The position numbers were made by a program, and so were the translations under genes. A DNA stretch of 59,024 bases from Alphaproteobacteria bacterium (GTDB lineage: Bacteria; Pseudomonadota; Alphaproteobacteria; Micavibrionales; CSBR16-224): positions 1 through 59,024 of the forward strand of contig JAJFGX010000089.1 in NCBI GenBank assembly GCA_021775895.1. The letters run 5' to 3'. Shown here in pieces: positions 19,837-29,825 of the stretch. The notes beneath the pieces were generated by a model, which searched no databases, had not been told where the DNA came from, and was given only the letters and a program-made list of their open reading frames with translations. Within the stretch, counting starts at the first letter, position 1, and the number at the start of each line of letters is the position of its first letter.

Positions 19837-20589
19837 ATGATTATCGAATGCCCAGAATGTAAAACTAAATTTAGATGCTCTCATAATTTTTTGGAGTTAG
19901 ACGGGCGTACCTTGCGTTGCAGCCGTTGCTATCATCAATGGAGATATGCTAGAAAAGTAAACAACATCGTCAATGAAACTGATTCTAATACACCTATTGA
20001 AGAAAATACAAGCAATGAAGAAGCTGAATTAATAGAATCTATATCTTTTCCTATTCAAAATGAGCAAGTTGCTGATCACCAAGCTAATTCATTTATAGAT
20101 ACTAAATTTATTACAGCCTCTTTTTCGATTTTCTTATTGTTAACAATTTTATTTGCTTGGTTTTTTCCTATAAAAATTATACAAGTTTTTCCTCAAACAT
20201 ACCCTATCTATAAATTGTTAAAATTAATACCAACGCCAATAATTATAGAACCAATAGGAGCTGACTACCGTAAAGATCATTACGGTCATAGCATTTTATA
20301 TATTGAGCTAAAACTAGAAAACTCTACGGATAAACCTAAGGTTCTATCCCCATTAAATGTTGAGCTATACAATGAAGATAATAGTCTTATAAAAGAATGG
20401 CCTGTGCCTAGTCGTGAAAATAAAATTAATGCCCATGAAACTGTGCAATTAAAATTTGGACTTCGCGATGCCCCTGTCGGCGGTAAAAAAATCACAATAA
20501 GAAGAAACCTAGAGCAAATATACAATACCAATAAAGACAATAAAAATAATCACGCAAATGATGAACATGAACAAAAAGGTGAAACATGA
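19837..20589 (+). CDS. MJ0042-type zinc-ribbon / DUF3426-like membrane protein
   Basis: CPECKTKF..LRCSRCYHQW, central TM, beta-rich C-terminal domain. Confidence 0.85.
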   Translation: MIIECPECKTKFRCSHNFLELDGRTLRCSRCYHQWRYARKVNNIVNETDSNTPIEENTSNEEAELIESISFPIQNEQVADHQANSFIDTKFITASFSIFLLLTILFAWFFPIKIIQVFPQTYPIYKLLKLIPTPIIIEPIGADYRKDHYGHSILYIELKLENSTDKPKVLSPLNVELYNEDNSLIKEWPVPSRENKINAHETVQLKFGLRDAPVGGKKITIRRNLEQIYNTNKDNKNNHANDEHEQKGET

Positions 20590-20954
20590 ATGAGCGTATT
20601 TTAGTTATTGATGACGAACCTTCTGTACGTGAATTTATGCAACGTGCATTAAGCCACTATAAATATCAAGTAACAACCGCATCTGATGGAAATGCTGGAA
20701 TTCAAGCCTTGCAAGACAATGAAGCCTTTGACTTAATGATAACTGACATCGTTATGCCTGATTTAGATGGTATCTCTTTGGCTTTGAAAGTTTCTAATGA
20801 CTATCCAGATATGAAAATAATGCTTATGAGTGGCTACGCACAACAGCGAGATAGAGCCTATAATTTAGAAGAATTAGTTGTAGATGTTCTAAACAAACCA
20901 TTCTCAATTGAAGAATTATGCGAAAGAGTAGAGATTGCACTAAAAATTGTCTGA
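20586..20954 (+). CDS. Single-domain response regulator (CpdR-like)
   Basis: ILVIDD, TDIVMPDLDG, MSGYA, KPF. Confidence 0.9.
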   Translation: MNERILVIDDEPSVREFMQRALSHYKYQVTTASDGNAGIQALQDNEAFDLMITDIVMPDLDGISLALKVSNDYPDMKIMLMSGYAQQRDRAYNLEELVVDVLNKPFSIEELCERVEIALKIV

Positions 20955-20985
20955 CAAGACACTTTAAATATGCTATCACACAATA

Positions 20986-21720
20986 ATGTATACAAAAGAT
21001 ATTCAAAATAAAACAATACCAAACCATGTTGCTATAATTATGGACGGCAATGGACGATGGGCTAAGTCTAAAGGTTTACCTAGGATTGAAGGGCATAGAC
21101 GAGGTGCTAAAGTTGCTAGGAATATGATTAAAATAGCCCATGATAGGGGTATAAAATATATGACGTTTTTTGCTTTTTCATCTGAAAATTGGTCAAGACC
21201 AGCAAAAGAAGTTGATGGGCTAATGAACATGTTGCGTCATTACATGAAAAGCGATGTAAAAGAACTAGAAAAACATAATGCCCGCCTGCATGTTATTGGA
21301 GAAATTGAACGATTGCCACATGATGTATTTAACCTAATAAGAAAATGGGAAGAAAAAACAAAGAATAATGATGGTATTCATATAATCATGGCATTAAGCT
21401 ATGGTGGAAGACAAGATATCGTTTCTGCGGTTAAAAGACTTGTTAAGTCTGGCATTCCTGCTGATAAAATAGATGAAGAAACACTTTCTAATTCATTGAT
21501 GACAAAAAATATTCCAGACCCTGACTTGCTCATTAGAACCAGCGGTGAACAAAGAGTTAGTAACTTTCTTTTATGGCAGCTTGCATATACTGAGCTATAC
21601 TTTACTCAAACAGCATGGCCAGATTTTAATGCAAGAGAGCTAGACAAGGCTCTTTCTTCATATGCTAATCGTGACCGTCGCTATGGTTGCATAGAAAAAG
21701 AACAGGTGGAAGCATCATGA
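20986..21720 (+). CDS. uppS: Undecaprenyl diphosphate synthase
   Basis: HVAIIMDGNGRWA, FSSENW, IRTSGEQRVSNFLLWQ. Confidence 0.97.
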   Translation: MYTKDIQNKTIPNHVAIIMDGNGRWAKSKGLPRIEGHRRGAKVARNMIKIAHDRGIKYMTFFAFSSENWSRPAKEVDGLMNMLRHYMKSDVKELEKHNARLHVIGEIERLPHDVFNLIRKWEEKTKNNDGIHIIMALSYGGRQDIVSAVKRLVKSGIPADKIDEETLSNSLMTKNIPDPDLLIRTSGEQRVSNFLLWQLAYTELYFTQTAWPDFNARELDKALSSYANRDRRYGCIEKEQVEAS

Positions 21721-22637
21721 GTTCACTACAAAAACGTAGTTTATCTGCTTTGTTAATGCTTGCTATTTTTATTGGTGCATTACTATTCAGTCCAACAGTA
21801 TTTGTTCTGTTAATATTGATTGTCTCCGCAATCGCTGCTAAAGAATGGCTTTTCTTAGTTATGCCTCACCTTAGAGAACGCAAAGGTATAACAATATTTT
21901 TAATGATTCTTTTAGCTGTTCTAGCTGTTCTCATACCATTTTTTTATAGCGTAGAATTTCAAATGCTCTTATATAGAAAATTTACGATAATCTTTCCTAT
22001 AGACCCAATAGATTTACCAATTAGGATTTTAATTCCAGCTTTTTTAGCTGTTGCAATATGGCTACTAGATAAAGCTATCATTAGCCCTGAATGTAATAAA
22101 GAAACATGCCGTAGTCGTCAGTTTATGAGCATTGGACTTGTCTATATAATGCTTTCCACAACTGCTATATTATGGATTTATGCTCATGGTCGACTATATG
22201 GTGATGGTAGCGATGGTGTTTATTTAATCTTATTACTTTGCTCTATGGTGTGGGCAACGGATATTTTTGCTTACTTCTCTGGGAAAACCATTGGAGGTGC
22301 TAAAATGGCTCCTAAAATTAGCCCCAACAAAACTTGGGCTGGTTTAATTGGTGGCATGGCAGGCTCTGCTATCGTTGCAATGATATTTGGGCTACCTAAA
22401 TTCAGTATTGGGCTATTTTCTACTACGCCTTTATATTACATGGGATTAATGGGAGCCGTGCTTGCCGTTATAGGTCAAGTTGGAGACCTCATAGTTTCAG
22501 CACTAAAAAGAAAATATAACCTCAAAGACACTGGCAATATCATACCAGGACATGGTGGCGTACTAGATAGAATTGATGGGTTACTACTAGTATCTTTAGC
22601 CTTTGCATTAATTATCACAATTCTTGAAGTTATCTAA
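21717..22637 (+). CDS. cdsA: Phosphatidate cytidylyltransferase
   Basis: ISPNKTWAG, KDTGNIIPGHGGVLDRID; start at ATGA overlap with uppS. Confidence 0.95.
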   Translation: MSSLQKRSLSALLMLAIFIGALLFSPTVFVLLILIVSAIAAKEWLFLVMPHLRERKGITIFLMILLAVLAVLIPFFYSVEFQMLLYRKFTIIFPIDPIDLPIRILIPAFLAVAIWLLDKAIISPECNKETCRSRQFMSIGLVYIMLSTTAILWIYAHGRLYGDGSDGVYLILLLCSMVWATDIFAYFSGKTIGGAKMAPKISPNKTWAGLIGGMAGSAIVAMIFGLPKFSIGLFSTTPLYYMGLMGAVLAVIGQVGDLIVSALKRKYNLKDTGNIIPGHGGVLDRIDGLLLVSLAFALIITILEVI

Positions 22638-22712
22638 ATTATGCTTGAGAAAATCACAAAACATGCTACAACTATATAACTATAAAATGAATTATTTAAG
22701 GATAATCACTAC

Positions 22713-23924
22713 ATGGAATTACTAACCGAGCTACTTAATACACCATTTGATTTTATAAAAAACTACGGTGGGCCATTTATTTTGGTTCTAAGTATTTTAG
22801 TTTTTGTCCATGAATGGGGGCACTATATTGTTGCAAGATGGGCTGGAGTTAAAATAGAGAAGTTTTCAATTGGTTTTGGCCCAGAGCTTTTTGGACGTGT
22901 AGATCGCCATGGTACTCGCTGGAAGGTATGTGTCGTTCCCCTAGGTGGCTATGTGCAAATGTTCGGCGATAGCGACCCTGCTAGTGGTAACCACAATGAT
23001 GAAGTAAAAGGTGATGACGGTGAAACTCGTCAAATGACTGATGAAGAACGTAAAGTAGCTTTCTTTGCTCAATCGCTTTTAAAGCGTAGTCTAATCGTTG
23101 TCGCAGGCCCTGCCGTGAATTATATTTTTGCTATAATCCTTCTAACAGGGCTTTATATTTTTCATGGTCAGCCATACACTCCATCTATTGCAGCAACTCT
23201 TGTTGAGGGAGCTCCCGCAGAGGCTGCTGGGGTACAACCAGATGATAAAATCATTAAAATAGATGGCGTTTCAGTCACTAGATTTGAAGATTTGTCTCAA
23301 GCTGTTGCCGTTAACTTAAATAACGAAATGAATTTTACTATTGTCCACTCAACTGGCAAGAATACATGGGACTATGAAAACCCAGTGGATATTAAAATAA
23401 CACCTGCAGTAATTGATATTACTGACCGTTTTGGCTTCAAGCATTCTATGGGACGAATAGGTATTATAAGCCCTCCTGGGCAGTCAGAGCTTTTAGAACA
23501 TGGCTTTATGGGGGCATTAGGTAATTCACTAAAAGAAACTTGGAATTTGACTAGGCTAACACTTAAGGGTGTACGCCAAATGATTACAGGAGAAAGAAGC
23601 CCTAAGGAGCTTGGCGGAATTCTACGTATTGGCGCATATGCTGGGGAATTCGCTCAAGCAGGTATAATATCGCTGATTACTTTTACAGCACTGCTGTCTA
23701 TAAACCTTGGCTTAATTAATCTTTTCCCTATTCCTCTTTTAGATGGTGGGCATTTAGTATTCTATATAATTGAATTTTTAAAAGGCAAGCCACTTTCGCC
23801 ACAATCACAAGAATATGCCCTACGTACAGGCTTTGTGATAGTAATTAGCTTTATGCTATTTGCTACGTGGAATGATTTAATGCAATTAAAATTCTTTGAT
23901 TATATTGCAAATATTATTTCATAG
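22713..23924 (+). CDS. rseP: RIP metalloprotease
   Basis: HEWGH, AGPAVN, PDZ, NLFPIPLLDGG. Confidence 0.96.
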   Translation: MELLTELLNTPFDFIKNYGGPFILVLSILVFVHEWGHYIVARWAGVKIEKFSIGFGPELFGRVDRHGTRWKVCVVPLGGYVQMFGDSDPASGNHNDEVKGDDGETRQMTDEERKVAFFAQSLLKRSLIVVAGPAVNYIFAIILLTGLYIFHGQPYTPSIAATLVEGAPAEAAGVQPDDKIIKIDGVSVTRFEDLSQAVAVNLNNEMNFTIVHSTGKNTWDYENPVDIKITPAVIDITDRFGFKHSMGRIGIISPPGQSELLEHGFMGALGNSLKETWNLTRLTLKGVRQMITGERSPKELGGILRIGAYAGEFAQAGIISLITFTALLSINLGLINLFPIPLLDGGHLVFYIIEFLKGKPLSPQSQEYALRTGFVIVISFMLFATWNDLMQLKFFDYIANIIS

Positions 23925-23931
23925 TGAAAAC

Positions 23932-24489
23932 TTAGTCTATAGCTACCACATCTATAACTTCAGGAATGAAATGTCTAATGACATTCTGGACACCTGACTT
24001 CAAAGTCATGCTAGCACTAGGACAACCAGAACATGCGCCTTGCATATTTAAGTACAACACACCTTCTTCATAGGAATGAAAGACAACATCTCCGCCATCT
24101 CTAGCTACCGCAGGGCGAACATGCGTATCTAAAATTTCTTTTATTTGCTGTACAATCTCACAATCTAGATCACCACTTACCGAAGTGTTCTCCTCCAATT
24201 CTTCAAACAAAACTGGTTTTCCAGACATGAAATGATCCATAATTACACTTAAGATTAAAGGCTTTAAAGCTTCCCACTCTATATTTTCTGTTTTAGTTAC
24301 CGTTACAAAATCACGCCCAAAGAAAACAGCTGCAACACCATCAATACTAAACACCTGCCCTGCTAGCGGTGATGTCTTTTCTGCATCTTCTTTAGTTAGA
24401 AATTCTACGCTTCCAGCCGTTACAACCTCACAACCAGGTAAAAACTTAACTGTAGCTGGGTTTGGTGTTTGCTCTGTTTGAATGAACAT
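23932..24489 (-). CDS. NifU/Nfu family Fe-S cluster carrier
   Basis: MFIQTEQTPNPATVKF, VRPAVARDGGD, GACSGCPS; start at 24489 with GGAGG RBS. Confidence 0.93.
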   Translation of the reverse strand: MFIQTEQTPNPATVKFLPGCEVVTAGSVEFLTKEDAEKTSPLAGQVFSIDGVAAVFFGRDFVTVTKTENIEWEALKPLILSVIMDHFMSGKPVLFEELEENTSVSGDLDCEIVQQIKEILDTHVRPAVARDGGDVVFHSYEEGVLYLNMQGACSGCPSASMTLKSGVQNVIRHFIPEVIDVVAID

Positions 24490-24511
24490 ATTTTCCTCCT
24501 TATTATAGTGG

Positions 24512-25531
24512 TTACCTTTTAGATATACCTTTTGTTGTTGAATGCTCAAAGTGTAACTCTTTACCATCGAAAACATAAGGATAAATTGCATGTGCTGCCA
24601 TTGCAGCCTCTGAAAACCCTGTAAGAATTAATTTTAGCTTATTGGGGTATGATGCTATATCACCTATAGCAAATATACCCTTTTTATTTGTTTCACAAGT
24701 TGTAGGATTCACTAAAACATGATGCATTTCAATATCTAATCCCCAATTATTAATTGAACCAAGCTTGCTAGACAAACCAAACAAAGGCAATAAAGTATCA
24801 ACCTTTAAGTTCTGTATATTATCATTAAAATCAATTATATCTATGGATTCTAACTGACCATTTCTACCATGCAGTTCTTTCAACTGATATGGAGTCATGA
24901 TTTCTAGTGCGTCACTATTTTTATCCAAGTCATACATTTTTTCTATCATATCAGGTGTTGCTCGAAACTTATCTCTGCGATGGATAACATATACTTTATC
25001 TGCAACATTTGCCAAAGCGACAGCCCAATCCACAGCACTATCACCACCCCCTGCAATTACGATATGTCTATTTTTAAAATCATTTATTTTACGCACCATA
25101 TAAAATACTGATTTATCTTCATATTCTTCTAAATTATCTAAAGGTGGTTTATTGGCTCCGAAAGCCCCTGCCCCTGCAGCAATTATCACGCCACCAGCCC
25201 TAATTTTCTTGCCTTTTGAGGTTGTTACAACGCATTCCTCGCCTTCTTTATTCAACGATACCGCCTGTTGCTGCATATGAAACACTGGTGAAAAAGGCTT
25301 TATTTGCTCCTCAAGCCTATCAATCAAAACACCTGCCTCTATACATGGATATGCAGGTATATCATATATAGGTTTCTCTGGGTACAGGGCAGAACATTGC
25401 CCTCCGATATCTTCAAGACTATCTATAACATGACATGACATTCCGAGCATACCGCACTGGAAAACTGCAAACAGCCCTACTGGCCCTGCACCTATAATTA
25501 CCACATCTGTTTTAACTTCATTTGACATCAT
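24512..25531 (-). CDS. Ferredoxin-NADP+ reductase (TrxB-like)
   Basis: GAGPVG, GGQCSALYPEKPIYD, GGGDSAVDW, GDIA..KLKLI. Confidence 0.9.
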   Translation of the reverse strand: MMSNEVKTDVVIIGAGPVGLFAVFQCGMLGMSCHVIDSLEDIGGQCSALYPEKPIYDIPAYPCIEAGVLIDRLEEQIKPFSPVFHMQQQAVSLNKEGEECVVTTSKGKKIRAGGVIIAAGAGAFGANKPPLDNLEEYEDKSVFYMVRKINDFKNRHIVIAGGGDSAVDWAVALANVADKVYVIHRRDKFRATPDMIEKMYDLDKNSDALEIMTPYQLKELHGRNGQLESIDIIDFNDNIQNLKVDTLLPLFGLSSKLGSINNWGLDIEMHHVLVNPTTCETNKKGIFAIGDIASYPNKLKLILTGFSEAAMAAHAIYPYVFDGKELHFEHSTTKGISKR

Positions 25532-25574
25532 ATTGCTCTTATGCTCATATCTAAGCAGAGGTTTTTCAATTCCC

Positions 25575-26117
25575 ATGAATGATACAATTATTACAATTCT
25601 TTTATCCTTTACTGTTTTATTACTGCTTGTTGCACTTTTCAATGAATATTATCAATGGCGTGTTGGAGTATGTTGTATGCCAACCGTTCCAAAAGTTCGT
25701 GAAGAGATAATAAAACTTATTCAGGAGTATGGCTCAGATCAACACAAAAATATAGTAGAACTTGGTTGTGGCTGGGGTGGTCTTGCTATTGCTGCAGCAA
25801 AAAGCAATCCTGATAAGCATATCACAGGTGTTGAGCTATCACTTTTCCCTTATATTTTTTCAAAGCTCAGAATAAAGCCAAGCAATACTAGTATAGTTCA
25901 TAAGAATATTTACAACTTCAACTTAGCAGAATCAGATATTGTGCTATGCTATCTATCAAACAGTCATATGAAGAATTTAGAAGAGAAGATGACATCAGAA
26001 CTTAAATCTGGGAGTATAGTTATTAGCAGCACTTTTGTTTTTGCAAAAAAACAACCTCATAAAATAATTACTCTATCTGGTATATATGAAACAAAAATCT
26101 ACATTTATTTATTTTAA
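25575..26117 (+). CDS. Membrane-anchored class I SAM methyltransferase
   Basis: N-terminal TM, VELGCGWG, GVELS, CYL. Confidence 0.85.
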   Translation: MNDTIITILLSFTVLLLLVALFNEYYQWRVGVCCMPTVPKVREEIIKLIQEYGSDQHKNIVELGCGWGGLAIAAAKSNPDKHITGVELSLFPYIFSKLRIKPSNTSIVHKNIYNFNLAESDIVLCYLSNSHMKNLEEKMTSELKSGSIVISSTFVFAKKQPHKIITLSGIYETKIYIYLF

Positions 26118-26164
26118 GTATATATAATGAATGTAGGATAAAAACAAAAAAAAGGTTTAAGCCA

Positions 26165-27613
26165 ATAGTAGTCTCCTTTCGTCCCGTATTTTTTGCTCTA
26201 GGCGTATTGTTAAGCATATTGTCTGTAACAATGCTGGCGCCTACAATAATTGACCTAATTGACCAGAATGATGACTGGAAAGCTTTTGCTGTTGCTCAAA
26301 TCTCTACAGCTTTTTTTGGTATTTTATTAACTCTACTTACATACCAAAAAGATTTTAATATTAGAATGAGGGAAGCCTTCCTCTTAACCAATATAAGCTG
26401 GCTTGTAATTGCCGCTTTTGGAGCTTTACCATTTTGTTTTTCTGAGCTTGGCATTTCATATACAGATTCTTTCTTTGAAGCCATGTCAGGCATTACAACA
26501 ACTGGGGCAACCATAATGACTGACTTAGACAATGCCCCCCGTGGGCTATTGCTATGGCGGGCTATTTTAGAATGGCTTGGTGGAGTTGGAATATTGGTGA
26601 TGGCTCTATCGATTCTACCTCTTTTACACGTAGGTGGTATGCAACTTTTTAAAGCCGAATCGCTTGATGTTGAAAAAGTCCTGCCAAGTGCGGCTCAAAT
26701 AGCTGCTTCAATCGGTATTATCTATCTTATGCTTACAGCAATTTGCGCTGCAGTCTATGCGGTGTTAGGAATGAGTCGCTTTGATGCCTTAACCCACGCA
26801 ATGACGACAATTGCAACAGGTGGCTTCTCAACCCATGATGAATCGATTGGTTTTTTTAATAGTAGTAGTATTGATTACGCCGCTACATTTTTTATGATAG
26901 CTAGTAGCCTACCATTTTTACTTTATTTGCGAGCAGTTAGAGGGAACTTAAAACCATTATTCAGCGATGGGCAAGTAAAGTGGTTTTTAAGTATTGTCGC
27001 AACATCTATTGCCTTTGTATTTATACATTTAATTATCACACAGGGTATGGGAGTCCTTGATGCTTTGCGTTATGCTAGCTTCAACACTGTATCTGTCATT
27101 ACAGGTACAGGCTATGCTACTGCTGATTACAGCCTATGGGGAGGATTTATCCTCGCTTTATTCTTTTTCCTGATGTGTGTAGGTGGTTGTGCTGGCTCTA
27201 CTACTTGCGGAATAAAAATCTTTCGTTTTCAAGTCTTACATGAGATATCAAAGGCTCAAATTAAGAAGTTACTAATGCCTCATGCAGTATTAAGACCATA
27301 TTACAATGGGAAGCCTGTTTCTTCAGATGTACAAATGTCTGTAATGGCTTTTTTCTTTTTGTTTGCCTTATGTTTTTCTGCAGTAACTATTTTACTTCAT
27401 ATAACAGGACTTGATTTCCTTACTGCAATGTCAGGAGCCGTGACAGCAATTTCTAATGTTGGTCCAGGATTAGGCGATACAATTGGACCTGCTGGTACAT
27501 TTGCTACTCTACCAGATAGTGCAAAATGGATTTTATCAACTGCAATGATTCTGGGAAGGCTAGAGCTTTTTACTCTATTAGTTATGTTCTCACCTTACTT
27601 TTGGCAAAAGTGA
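26165..27613 (+). CDS. trkH: Trk potassium uptake permease (probable ATA start)
   Basis: FEAMSGITTTG, WLGGVG, TGGFS, GCAGST, NVGPG, GRLE; frame extends upstream to SFRPVFF. Confidence 0.92.
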   Translation: MVVSFRPVFFALGVLLSILSVTMLAPTIIDLIDQNDDWKAFAVAQISTAFFGILLTLLTYQKDFNIRMREAFLLTNISWLVIAAFGALPFCFSELGISYTDSFFEAMSGITTTGATIMTDLDNAPRGLLLWRAILEWLGGVGILVMALSILPLLHVGGMQLFKAESLDVEKVLPSAAQIAASIGIIYLMLTAICAAVYAVLGMSRFDALTHAMTTIATGGFSTHDESIGFFNSSSIDYAATFFMIASSLPFLLYLRAVRGNLKPLFSDGQVKWFLSIVATSIAFVFIHLIITQGMGVLDALRYASFNTVSVITGTGYATADYSLWGGFILALFFFLMCVGGCAGSTTCGIKIFRFQVLHEISKAQIKKLLMPHAVLRPYYNGKPVSSDVQMSVMAFFFLFALCFSAVTILLHITGLDFLTAMSGAVTAISNVGPGLGDTIGPAGTFATLPDSAKWILSTAMILGRLELFTLLVMFSPYFWQK

Positions 27614-28237
27614 TTTAATAGCCCTATGTGTTTTCTTTGTTCTCCAATTTATAGAGCCTTTAACACTGTAAATTAACTCACCTGTAGGACTTATAAACAA
27701 TGTTTCTGGTACAGACTCAGGCTTATACTGTGTTTTTACAGTATGCCTATTATCTATATATAATGGCTCTATTTTAAGCTTGTTTTCTTTCAAAAAATTA
27801 CGTGTTTTTACAGGGTTTCTTGTATCTAGAGATAATGCAATGAATTCAACTGGCTTATCTTTATATGCTTTTTTTGTCGCTGTAAACTCATGCAACTCTT
27901 TTGCACAAGTACTACAACTTGTACGCCATAAGTTCAAAACAACTAACTTTCCTCGCAAATCTGACAAAGCAACATCTCGCCCTGCGTCAATATCGGTAAA
28001 AATTAATTCTCTTTTAAATTTAGCCTGCCTTTGGTTGGTTTCATTTATTTCAGGCTCTACCAACTTAATTTCATTAACTGTTTTGTCAATTTTTTCCGTG
28101 GTTATAATATCCTTATTTTTTTGAACTTTAGTAGCAGAACTATAATGTGAATATATACCACCTAAGTACTTACCACCAAAGAACCCTAAAGCAATCAATA
28201 CTACAGTAGCAATTATTGTAATGTTTTTACTTGCCAT
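27590..28237 (-). CDS. TlpA-family thiol:disulfide reductase
   Basis: N-terminal TM, VVLNLWRTSCSTCAKE, VPET. Confidence 0.88.
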   Translation of the reverse strand: MASKNITIIATVVLIALGFFGGKYLGGIYSHYSSATKVQKNKDIITTEKIDKTVNEIKLVEPEINETNQRQAKFKRELIFTDIDAGRDVALSDLRGKLVVLNLWRTSCSTCAKELHEFTATKKAYKDKPVEFIALSLDTRNPVKTRNFLKENKLKIEPLYIDNRHTVKTQYKPESVPETLFISPTGELIYSVKGSINWRTKKTHRAIKSLLPKVR

Positions 28238-28289
28238 CTCTTAATCTCCCATCTAAATATAGTAATCGTAGAAAATTTAAAGGATACTC

Positions 28290-28436
28290 ATGTTTAGAGC
28301 AATACCTACATATATATATATTATTTTATTTTTAGTTTCTGTTAGCCTTGGTGGTTGCGGCATAAGACCATCTGAGGTTATTCTACCCAATGATAGCCCA
28401 CATAGTCAATTTCCCAACACCTACCCTAGCCCATAA
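28290..28436 (+). CDS. Small lipoprotein (48 aa; not in ORF track)
   Basis: AAGGA RBS; MFRAIPTYIYIILFLVSVSLGGCGIRPSEV..FPNTYPSP; LGGC lipobox. Confidence 0.75.
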   Translation: MFRAIPTYIYIILFLVSVSLGGCGIRPSEVILPNDSPHSQFPNTYPSP

Positions 28437-28562
28437 AATATAATCTTATAAAATATTGACTTTTAAAGCTGTTTATTTGATATTTACGCTTGTTTAAATA
28501 AAACTAACTAGATATTATACGAATTGTTATAAAAATAATGAATATTTTAGGATAAATAAACC

Positions 28563-29816
28563 ATGACAAAACAAGCTTCTTTATTAACGATACCTGCTGC
28601 TCTTGCTTTATTAGCCTTATCTGGCTGTCACCCGTCAGAACAAAGCTCATTTGAGTGGTCAAAGCATAAGCAACATGCTATTTCTCCAAGTCGTCCATCT
28701 CTTGTCTTAAGTGATTCTGATGGTAGTAGACAAATTCAATCAGGAAGTAAAGATTCTCGTGTTTTATACTATCCAGGCTCAAAAGACCTATATAATGGCA
28801 GAGCAAATAATTCAGCTAGCCCACAAAATAATGCTGTAACAATGGATATAGCCCCATCACGTAGCAGCGATTACAAGCAACCACGAATTGATACGCTTGT
28901 TGGACGTAAAGTTAAAGAAATACATAAAGAGTTACTGTCACTAGAAACTATTATAAATAAGCATGACGCTCGAATGTCACATTTACAAACAAAAGGTGAT
29001 TTAGCCACTGGTAATTATTACTCTTTATTGGCCGTCATTAACTCTTATCTACAATCAGGAACAACCCCTGGCAATCCTGAACTAGTTGATATGTGGAACA
29101 ATGCAGGAACACACCTTGAAGAGCTTACAGAAAGTGCTAGTAACCTTGGTGAACTCTCAAATGATATCGCACAAACAGCATCAAAAGCTTCTTTCTTGCA
29201 AGATTCAACGCATGCTACTTTTGGTTTATCTGGTGCAATTGAGGAAGATCATCAAAACCTAACCGCTTTAGAAGACCAAGTAGGACAGTCTGTAACTAGA
29301 CTTAATCGCATGTTAAACGTAATTAATGATGAAATAAATCGTCGCAATTCGTACCTACGTACCGAAAGACTAAACATGCAAACTCTATCTTTAGCAATTG
29401 CTAATGGTGAAATGTATGGTCAAAGCATGTCTAGCAGGCTTTTTGCTAGAGTTTCAGACGCACAAGATGGTTTTTCAAACTCTGATGGTTTTAAAGCTCC
29501 ACCAGCATCGCCAACTAAGCGTCCATTAGTAATTATCCGCTTCAATAAGCCTGATGTTCAATATAAACAGCCTCTTTATGCTGCGTTAAGTCAAGCTATA
29601 GAAAAATATCCAGCTGTACAATTTGATATTATTTCTGTTACGCCAGAAACTAATAATCCTGCAGAAACTGCTCTATTTTTAGCTAGTGCTCGCCGTAGCA
29701 GTGAAGACGTTCTACGTAGCATGACACAAATGGGCGTTCCAACAGAACGTATACAAATGGGCAATGCTACTGATTCAAATGTCTCTGATAATGAAGTGCA
29801 TTTATATATTCGCTAA
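28563..29816 (+). CDS. Conserved-type hypothetical coiled-coil lipoprotein
   Basis: LSGC lipobox, GTTPGNP, RPLVIIRF, C-terminal EVHLYIR (OmpA-like end). Confidence 0.8.
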   Translation: MTKQASLLTIPAALALLALSGCHPSEQSSFEWSKHKQHAISPSRPSLVLSDSDGSRQIQSGSKDSRVLYYPGSKDLYNGRANNSASPQNNAVTMDIAPSRSSDYKQPRIDTLVGRKVKEIHKELLSLETIINKHDARMSHLQTKGDLATGNYYSLLAVINSYLQSGTTPGNPELVDMWNNAGTHLEELTESASNLGELSNDIAQTASKASFLQDSTHATFGLSGAIEEDHQNLTALEDQVGQSVTRLNRMLNVINDEINRRNSYLRTERLNMQTLSLAIANGEMYGQSMSSRLFARVSDAQDGFSNSDGFKAPPASPTKRPLVIIRFNKPDVQYKQPLYAALSQAIEKYPAVQFDIISVTPETNNPAETALFLASARRSSEDVLRSMTQMGVPTERIQMGNATDSNVSDNEVHLYIR

Positions 29817-29825
29817 ATTATAAAT

